A DNA stretch of 64,000 bases from Styela clava (Eukaryota). The stretch is taken from positions 13,268,001 through 13,332,000 of the forward strand of contig NC_135264.1 of NCBI RefSeq assembly GCF_964204865.1. The letters run 5' to 3'. The notes beneath the pieces were generated by a model. It was given only the letters and a program-made list of their open reading frames with translations, was not told the origin of the DNA and did no database searches. Shown piece after piece: positions 54,182 to 64,000 of the stretch (the stretch's first letter is position 1; every line of letters starts with the position of its first letter). The position numbers and the translations under genes are program-made.

Positions 54182-55993
54182 TTACATTGACCATTTAGTT
54201 TTCACACAAGCGGATGATACTCTCCTTGTCGGGGAAGATGACATTTTTGAACGCTTGTTGGTGTGAAATTCTTCTGGTATTGTTGGGAAACCAAAAGAAA
54301 TTATCGTTGCCCTTCTATTCAATGATATAGTATCCTTTTTTGTTGTGGTTTTTCCGTTAGTTTGAATGTTCACACTTTCATTTGTCCTATTTTCCCAAAC
54401 TCTTGCCGATCTTAAGCACGGTACATCTGAATGCCTTCGCATTGAACTTGTGGTTGGTCTTCTGTAACTACTGAGTGATTTCGATCTTTCCTTGTTTTGC
54501 CATTGTTCAGCAATATTTGACGATCGTCCCGTACGTCTTACATCACTTTGATTGTTGCTTGTAGTCAAGTCTGGATGAGCTGAAAGGGTAATATTTACGA
54601 ACGTGTAATTGTATCGTTCGAAGATAAATACTTTTATTGTTGATGATTGGGGAAGTTTACTAATATGGTGGAGTGAATGAAGTGAGTAGCTTATCATAAT
54701 AACGGTTCTTAGTCCGATTATGGGTATCAAAATAACAAAGTCAAAAGAATCGATATTTGATACAAGATTATAATTAGGTTCAAAGTTATAGATGACCTTA
54801 GCAGCGCTAAAGTTTCAAATTATATAGTTTTAGAAATATGTCAATAATATCACATTTACTGAAAAACTAAAAATCACCTGTTTTAGGACGATATTTAAAG
54901 CGATTAAAATCGTCCGAAAATGTATTATCAGTCTTTCCGGCCCATGATAAAAGTGCGCTGCCTCTCCTGTTTCGATTGCTGTAAACTGGACTTGTTTGAG
55001 GTCTTTCTGGTAAATGGTTCTAAAATAACACCGACAAGTTTTGATTCAGTTTTGGATCGAATTGTAAGAACGTGCGATTGACTACATACCTAAAAAGTTG
55101 GTCCTGAACGTAGTATGTGTACCAGGTTAGAGTTAGGCCATAATTTCAAGTACAAATACTAAGGGTGTCACTTGGCTAGTTCCAAAACTCGTGATATAAC
55201 TAAAATAAGGAAAATTGGGAATAAAATTATGGCCTAACCCTAACATGGTACACATACTACGTTCCGGTGTCCGCCATCTTGATTCACATACTTCGGTAGT
55301 ACGAAGAGTTTCATTAGTTATGTCATATTGTGTGAGGTACTCAAACCCATACATAATTTCTATTTATATATTTCTGATCTCATATATATTATATATCCTT
55401 CACTCAGCTTGTACGTGGGTAAATGAAAACTCCAGAGAAACGCTCGCCAAGATTGATTAAGTTATAAAAGTGGGAAAAACTATCTTTTATAAATTCATAC
55501 AACCAAAGTTAATTGATTGCACTCCGCTGCAAGAAAGCTGGCAACGAACGTTTAATATATTAACATATATGCACTGAGGTACTCCTACCGTTGTTTGTTT
55601 ATCTGCAATGTTTGGAGGTAACGGTTTGTTTTTTTATGACATGTATGAGATTTAACCAAATGTGGCACAGCGTGGGGGTACGGGTAGAAAATTATAAATT
55701 ACCTCCTCGGATTCTGACTGTGAATCACTTCCATTCAATATATCCATTTCGGACGTTTTACGTTGCATCATCGCCAACTTTTCCATCTGTTGGGACATTA
55801 ATTCTGCTCGGATTTGGTAAATTTCGGACGACAAAATCCTGCGAGATGTTCTTTGCTCGTCGTCAAGTTTTTTCATTTGGTTACTGAGCCGTCTTCCCAA
55901 GTGCTGGTTTAAAGAAGCTGCCCTCTTCCCAGCTGTCTCGGGTAGCCTCGAATATCTTTTCTCGTTTTCATCAGTCATGATCCCTTTTGACAT
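54182..55993 (-). CDS. Uncharacterised 276-aa protein with an N-terminal coiled coil and a Ser/Arg-rich disordered tail. Exons 55993-55703, 55019-54878, 54579-54182
   Basis: Three GT-AG exons in compatible phases (0, 1) give one open frame. Weak resemblance to CCDC190-type N-termini, not confirmed. Confidence 0.7.
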
Positions 55994-58900
55994 CAGTTGG
56001 GCGTATCCTATGTGTACGACTGAAAGCCTATAAAGCTATTTTACCCTATTGTGTCAAGACGTTTACTTAGATCGTCGAATACCCTTCAAATTAAATGCAC
56101 GCAATGGTCATACAATTTTATGGTTAGTATATAAACGCTGCCCGTAAATTTATGTTCCTTCCGGGAAAGTCCATTAAATCGAATTGTAATCATCGGCGTG
56201 GAAGGTAAATCATGTTTTTATTCGAACTGTGAAAACATGTGTTGACTTTGTCAATAATGGAACTAGAGAATTAATCTATAATTATATAAAAAGAAAATAT
56301 ACTAATGTGCGGTACACACTATACAGCAAACAAAGGGTTGTCGAACATAATTTGAACACAAAGGCATACACCCCTCGTAACCGCTTATAACTTGTTAGCT
56401 CAGCGGTAACGTTAGGATCGCCCTCGTTATAAAACACCACTTGTGGTAATCGACATCACGAATCTCTCATAAACATCACATATAAATGTAGTAAAGCAGG
56501 TTACACTGATTCACCAATTACTATTTTCATTTATGACATTATAGTAGTATTCTTAATAAGGTAAATTTCTTAATAAGATACTCCCGTAATGTGTGTACCA
56601 GGTTAGGGTTAGGGTATAATTTTATTCCGATCTTCCCCTATTTTAGTTCTATTACGAGTTCGGGAATTGTCTGTGTAAGCCAAGTGAATACAACCCCTGT
56701 CTATAGGTTTCAATCCCTTTACGCAACTTGAGGGTAAGGCGGACAAAATTAGTTACCTCCATATTGGTACACACACTTCTGCAGCTCTCATAATAATTTA
56801 AATTCTTTCTACACCATTCTAAACAAAAGTCGTTAGAAATTTATCTAATCATTTGTTTCAAGTTAATAATAGCAATGAATAAAATTCATCAACAATAAAG
56901 TCTTAGAATGTTAGTTGGCATTTATCACAGACAATATAGGATGTCCATAAAGTCCTGAAAAAATTTAAAAAATTGCAAAGGGAATTTACCGATACCATAT
57001 ATTGTTGTGGCCCTCACAGATGTATTAAATGAGGTAAAAATACTTGAACAATTACTGATTAAAAAACAAACCTGATTGAGATATATTGAGAACTGATTTC
57101 ATGACAAAATTGAAATTGTAAAGCGACTCTATGGACACCCTGTATATTTATTAGTTTTGCCTAGCGGAAAGCGATCGTTATAGTAATAGTAACTTTAGCA
57201 CGCTTGTGTGACAGCATATATTTTGACGCGTTTTTAACCAATGAATTCAATATTTCATTGCAATTTCGCTGAAACTGTTTATAAATCTTAATGAAAATTT
57301 CAAAAAAATTCCCATGCGTGCCTGCGGTCTCATTATTCTATTGACAAAGTTCGTTTCACAAAAGATTGACAAAAAGTGCCATGTAGACCTAACGCGATGT
57401 CATTGTGTTTGACGCAGAATATTTACCTTCCTAACAAACTAATGAATCAAATAAAACGCCGAACAGTAGAAATCGTTGTATGATGGAAGAGCGGATAAAA
57501 GTTCACGTTTGAGAAAATATGGTGAATAATTTAGCTACCTCGCCACTCGCCGATATGTATACCTCTATATGTAACTGATTTATTCCAATGTCACCATGCA
57601 AATGTATATACAGTTGTGGGACATGAAGTGGACGTATGGATCGCGTTGTTGAAAAAAATCGCTTCTTTTTCTTGGTATTATGCACAAATAGTAGTTCGAC
57701 TCTTAATAGTTCTCAATACGATAACAATAAAAGTAATACAATTCATTGAAGTGTGAATAGCTTGCGTCGAATATTTCGTCTAATCTATATGGCGGCACAT
57801 CATCGATACTTGGGCGACAAGCGAACAGCGAATAATGGAGACCATTCATCATTCAAGGGTGCGTACTGACAGTGATAACTGAGGCTACGTGAGCGTACAT
57901 AGATTGCCTCTCACAGTTGACTAAAATTTATAATGATTAATCTTTCGAAGCTTGCTAAACCGAGGCCAAGACTTATAAATGAATCCATTTTTGCCTTCGG
58001 TCGTGTTGGCGATTCTTTTGCTGACTTTTAAACACAAATTTATGAAAATTTATGGGGATTTCTCATTTATGCCGAGACAAATCCACCCTACATCAAACAA
58101 AATCTTGTCATCATTTGGCTTTTATGATCGTGATTTTTTTACGTCGTTTTACCTAGGTGTAAGGGTAAGTATCGGGGTCTGATAAATTGGATTGATGGAT
58201 GATTCCGATTTCATTGACTCAATCACCTGATTCAGTGTTTTTCTCGTTATACTTCTCTAGGCTTCTATATAAACAGATCACTCTGATATCTAGTAATACT
58301 TGAAACATTGAACTAGATATTCCATCTATTTGGTATATACAGAGGTATACAGAGGTAAGCGAATCTATTGGAAAAAAATTGTCGCTAGTGGTCTTGTACG
58401 ACCTTTATTCGTATCTTAGTTAGCACAACTGCAGAGTCGATATTCTCACGTTTTTGTTGATATCAAATCCGGAGCAAATATTTTAATCCGGTGTAAAGAA
58501 TTTGACTTTCTTGTGTTAAGTTGGTCTACAAACATGGAAAGTCGTGAGTTTGAATTATTTTCAAATGAAACAAGAAAGCAATACTCAAATATATGGACAC
58601 GAGGAACAAAACGAAGTAGTACTGGTATCTAATTTTTCACAGTTGACGACCGGTACGGACGCGTATTCGTCGCGACTTCGACTGACTATTTTGGTAACGT
58701 CATCACACACAAAAAACGAATCCCATATAGCGCCCACAGAAAATTTGAAAAAAAAATAATAATAATAGCCCTCTAGCGACATCAACGATTTTTAACCACA
58801 CTGTTAATTTCAAAGAAATTGGGCCTAATACCAAAACTATCCACATGAACACTTAGTGCCGAATTATTTTCAAATAAAAAAAAAATTGTTTGATGACGCT

Positions 58901-58997
58901 AAAGTATAGGGAGTGAGATTTAGTTAACCTGTAGATGGTGGGAAATTCGGTTGATAGGAGATAACTTTAGTCTACGTCTGCCGCTTATTTTTGTCAA

Positions 58998-59001
<4 letters not shown>

Positions 59002-59028
<27 letters not shown>
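59002..59028. repeat. (AT)n microsatellite
   Basis: Direct reading. Confidence 0.95.
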
Positions 59029-59862
59029 CTGACTTCATACGTTTAAATTACATTCTTAGGACCATTTATTCTATTCCGACGCGTAAAAATTTTGCGTTCG
59101 TCTTCTTCAGCTGCGAAAAACCGCGAATACACACAAAACAAATCGTAGATAACTAAATTGACAATGTCTGACAATCAACGCGTCTGGAAAGAAGGTGACT
59201 GCAAACAACTTCCCCGTACAAATGAAACAGAGTCAGTACTATGCGTAAAACTCTTTTAATATAATAAATAATTACAGTGCGTATAATTAAAATGTGCAAT
59301 TAAAATTTACGGATTCAAATTTCCATAATAGTCGATTTAAACCATATATATATTGAGAAAAATACTCAAATTATTTCGATTAATGAAAATATGCCGAATA
59401 AACAGTATTACGTATATAATATTTCAGTGAATTATGTAATTGTACATTGAAAAATTATGTTTACGATTATGTAAGTAAATATGACATCATAACAACGAAT
59501 TATCATCATTGGCGTATCTGTTTGCTCCTTTTTTAGCTATATATTATTTAATGTAACTAATCATAAAATGGTCCATGGCCGAGAAAATAGGCAGTCAAGT
59601 GGGATTTAAATTATAATTGGACGATATAATTTCAATTAATATAAAGCTCAGGTAAAATTTCTACAGTTTAATTACAGTAAATAGTGAAACATTCTAAGAA
59701 TTAAGAAAAATAACAAAATAATGACATGTATAATTCATAAGAAAAATTTGCCCGTGTGGCCAACAATGGGTTATATTAAGCAAATCTTGTGAAATTTGAT
59801 TCATTTTCTATGAGCCATTGTGGGTCTTAATATTTAGTGACGTATTGCATCCGTTTGACCTT

Positions 59863-61689
59863 CTATCGGCTTCCGCCTCCAACTTCCGCCATTACGACCT
59901 CTCCATTCATAACATCATCCATAATGTCATCTGTGATTTTTCCAACAAGAAGTAAGTAACCATGCACGTCACCGAAAGCAGTAGATGGTAGTGCGTTAAG
60001 GTTTTCTCCAGAGCGTTTTTCTTGCGTCATTTCAGCACTTCTGCGTAAAAATAGAACGTAAAAACGTGAATGTATCCTACTTTGAATCAAGTTATTTTCG
60101 TTATCTTTTTACGTACATAAATAGAATAATTTGAAAACGTAAATTATCCGCGTGCGTGAAATTGTGGGTAGACGGCATAGTACATGTTATCTCATAACTA
60201 TCGGTATAGGTACTATGAATATTAGATAAGTAAGCTACCCTGTTGTGTATTAACAGAGTCATATAATGTTTCATATATATCGCATTAAAATAAATGTATA
60301 TAATAAAAGATCTCTATTCAATTTCCGACCCTCCGTATTAATAGAAAGCACACAATAACAAATATATTAATTTTGTCAATACATTTGAATTATTTATGTG
60401 AAAAAAAACAAGGTATTATTTTCTTGTCTGTGTTAAGAATAACAACTTGGCTCACTTTGAAAATTACCGATCTTTTGTCAGCGGATTAATTCTTAATTCA
60501 AGATATAAAGTTAGGCATGAGCAAAAGACGTCTGTACCCGTTTGTGGGCATTGGTTTAGCTTTGTGTTTATATTAATAATTACAGTGGATTATGATATTC
60601 TCATCACGTTTCTGCGAAACACATTTGCAAGGCAAATGTCTGTAGTCTTTGAATGATTTGAATAGATTTTGTTTTAAACTTAATTCTAATATTGTTGACC
60701 TAAATTTGCAAATGCAATGTCAGTATTCTCACTTATAGTCTTTTTCAAAGCCACCATCACCAATGCAAAAATATGAGATTTTGGGAAAACATCCCTGCCA
60801 CTTTGTGAGATAAAAAATTATGGAGTATCCAGGGTTAGAGTTACGAATGACTTGAAAATTTGAATTTCCAGTGTACTCCCGTAATATGTGTACCAGGTTA
60901 AGGTTGAGCCATAATTTTATTCAGATTTTCCTTTTTTTTAATTCTATTAAGAGTTTGCGGACTGTTTGTGTCAGCCAGGTGAATACACCCCCTGCCCATA
61001 GGCTTCCGTCCCTTTACTCAACTTGACATAAAGTAGGCTGACAAAATTAGTTACCTCTATATTGGTACAAAAACTTCTGGAGCGCTGTTTCTTAATATAG
61101 AAATCTATACCTTTTGCCGACAAGCATGCTCAAGAGGCGTCTGACAGCAGCACGGTCTTCTCCTCGTCCTCTTTCAGAAGTGTACATTGCATGTGAATAT
61201 CTTTTTTCGGCGATTTCATGTTCTTGACCTGATCGTTTTGCTTCGGATTCTTCGAGTGATGCCAGTTGTCTGAATTAAAGTTGGATTTTAAATTGACACC
61301 AGGCTTTAAGGGAGAAATCTTAACACGTCACATTAATGACAAAATGCTGAGTTCATGGGGATATTTAACAGCTTGCGCTGTATCCAGCCATGTTTGTTTC
61401 AAATATTAGAAACTTCGGGCTAACGATTCATCTTTAGCACGCATCTCCAGAGATGAAATACCACGCTGAATGTAAGACTTGTATTCCCCTAAATGGGAGA
61501 GCTTCTTCTGCATTAAATGCTTATTTGTTCAGTTCACAAATATAAATTATGTCGTAATAATACAAACAGAATTTACCTCATAATTCGTTCCTGTTCAATT
61601 GGTACAATGCTAGCTGATTCTGACAATTTGATGTACGTTGATATCATAAGTAACGCAGTGATGCAGAGAGTAGAAGAAATCGAATTCAT
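59863..61689 (-). CDS. Secretin/PACAP/VIP/glucagon-superfamily prepropeptide, 149 aa. Exons 61689-61577, 61269-61111, 60040-59863
   Basis: MNSISSTLCITALLMISTYIKLSESASIVPIEQERIMR|QLASLEESEAKRSGQEHEIAEKR-YSHAMYTSERGRGEDRAAVRRLLSMLV-GKR|SAEMTQEKRSGENL...: signal peptide, dibasic sites, a 27-mer with amidation signal, and both introns phase 2 GT-AG. Confidence 0.85.
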
Positions 61690-62226
61690 GTTTATAGTTA
61701 GTAGACTTTGAAATACTGTTAAATTATACTTATCTATACTAAAAATAAAACATTGAGTCAAAAATCAGCAGAATATCGTGCTCTCGAGGGTAGAGGTGTT
61801 TACTACATTACAGTTGTTAGTGTGGCATACCAACTGATAAACGTAAAGAAAACAAAATATGAACCATTTCCCTTGGTGAAGCTTCATTGCCATAAAAGTC
61901 AGTAGGTTTTTTCAGAAGATCAAATCTCAATAATCACGTAATGATCCAACTATAAAATCATTTTGCCGTCGAGAAAAGCATTTGTAAATTGGAAAATGCA
62001 CGGAGTATTGAAATAACCCAGACGAGTTTAGTTTTGTTGATCGACAAACGAGCTAATCAACAATACCGATTCCAGATAGCAAAAGAATCGATTCAGTATC
62101 ATATTAAAGTTGTGGTAATCCTGTAAACAGACAACTCATCCAAGTACAATCTGAATAAAAGCATTTAATCTATAAAATTCAGTCCTTAGCTAGTCTAGAT
62201 GTTGCTTCTTGGCTTGTCCAGACGCT

Positions 62227-62363
62227 TGAATGACAATGACAAGATGCGCCCCTGTATTTATACCCGCCAGAAGATGGAGGGTTGAATTTTTCTTATCGCT
62301 GTGTATTCACTGGTTGCTGGGGCAACAGAAAAAAATGTGCGTGTCGTGCGTCATTTTTTGACG
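62227..62363 (-). promoter_or_regulatory. Promoter of the peptide gene: Inr-like TCATTC (~62227-62232), TATAAATA (62255-62262), inverted CRE half-sites (62349-62363)
   Basis: Motifs read directly; TATA-to-Inr spacing is canonical. A splice acceptor (TTTAACAG) ~27 nt before the ATG implies a non-coding first exon. Confidence 0.65.
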
Positions 62364-64000
62364 CAAACGGAAATCTTCGTGCTAATTTTCTGAGTGGACA
62401 AGATGGCTATATGCTATAAATGACCACTATGTAAACTGACACCATATGGAGTCGGATTTTTCACAATATCTAAGAGGACTCTTTCGAAATATTAAAACAA
62501 AGTTACGCATTCTGAAGAAATCAAATAGCTCAACAATTGTTTGCAAATCGTCATAATCGGAAGATTGAATTTTTCTTGTCACCTGTTCGGTTGTCACACC
62601 CTGCATTACTTAGCAACACAGGAAATTTTGATCCAATCGCGTGCTTGACCTCGTTCACGACGGTTCATTTTAATCACGTCATCGAGATAATTATCATACA
62701 ATTAATTGGTGGCAAGTAGACTTGCACGTAATTGACAAAAATCAATTCCGTAATTACGGCCAAATCGATTACGTAATGACCCCGTAATTGCGATATTTTT
62801 TTCACACATTTAAACCTATCATAACAATCAATTTAATCTACTTCTATTCCGAATGGGACATCGAAGTTTGGTTTTCATATTCCCGGCAGTAGGACTACAC
62901 GCCGGCGACAGATGTTAAAGAAAAATATCAAGGAGTGAATTCAAAATAATTTTATTCTGATTTTTATCTTTTGTATTAGTTTTGATTTTTTTTTACCCAC
63001 TTTATCACCAAATTTTATGCGATCAATTTTATCATTACCAACACTGGTAATATATTTAAGAAACGATAGTTCGCTTTTTTAAAATCGTATTAACGTATTA
63101 ATACGACCTTCGTATTAAATAAAAATTCCGGGTTGCTAATTTATTAATCAACTACAAGCGTATTCTCTCGTTTGATTATACTTTCGCTTGCCTCGCGACG
63201 AAGACTTGTTATTTCACCGTTTTTTACAATATCCGATTTTACTACTTAGTTAGCATTTTATATTAATTATTGATGCCGACTTATTGACGATATTCCGAAT
63301 TCCATGCTTCATTTTACATTAAATCATTTCGCGGCCTAAAAGTTATAACATTATTTGCGATAAATTTAGATCAAATATTAATTATTTGCGCATTATTTAA
63401 AATACGGTACTTATATGACATGCCTTCTCCGAAAATACAAAGTTATATCGCAAAACAATGCATTTTGTGGCATTTATTTTTCTAATTCAAGTCGACAATC
63501 CTATTTGCCAAGATTGACACAAGTTTGGTCGAGTGCCGGTGGTATTCGAGTCGACGATGAATCAAAATAAGTTGCGCATTTGGTAAAGACAGGTAATCAT
63601 ATTTGGCCGAAAATATTGCGATGCATTGTGAAAAACATATTGAGCAATGCCAAGTCCGGACAGATATGTAACGATAAAATCGGTAACAGAACATCAAGAT
63701 TTTGTAATAGAAAATGGATCTCGCGCAGAATAAACTGGGGAAATCCCGTCGTATTGTTGTTTCTCTGCCGTCTCAATCGCTTTACCGATGCCGAAATGAC
63801 TAAGTTGCGTTGGTTCATTATGCAATTTCTTTTCCGTCTTTATATTGCTGTTTGATAAGCGAGACATTAATTATCACGGCATTTACAAATAGACCATGTT
63901 TTATAAGTTGATCTCTTACATTCTTTAGTCATTTCACCCGAAGAAGTTGAAACCAGGTGTGTTGACGTCCATCGGTCTCAACACAGTTCTATTCCTTATC

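Noticed and set aside
61396-61507. Extra coding exon (additional peptide) within the prepropeptide gene
   Set aside because: Splicing from the phase-2 donor to the available minus-strand acceptors hits TAG within a few codons.

Overview
AT-rich, intron-rich animal genomic DNA. It is most consistent with an ascidian (tunicate), inferred from the compact one-intron muscle myosin light chain cluster and the intronless 7TM pair; the species cannot be determined. Manually spliced genes: a frameshifted hAT transposon (left edge), a 9-exon PAQR/membrane-progestin-receptor-like gene (-), rps7 (-), two tandem intronless GPCR-like genes (+), PYROXD2 (+), four near-identical alkali myosin light chain genes, a GPI-type Xaa-Pro aminopeptidase (-), a 276-aa uncharacterised coiled-coil gene (-), and many MITEs and SINEs. 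A 4.36-kb tandem duplication copies the PYROXD2 3' exons plus one MLC gene. The highlight is a 3-exon secreted prepropeptide (59863-61689, -) whose peptide-bearing exon is absent from the ORF track. It encodes a KR-flanked 27-aa peptide, YSHAMYTSERGRGEDRAAVRRLLSMLV-GKR, that aligns to the secretin/PACAP/VIP/glucagon superfamily. Its promoter has a TATA box and an inverted CGTCA-N5-TGACG element of the same architecture as the vertebrate VIP CRE.
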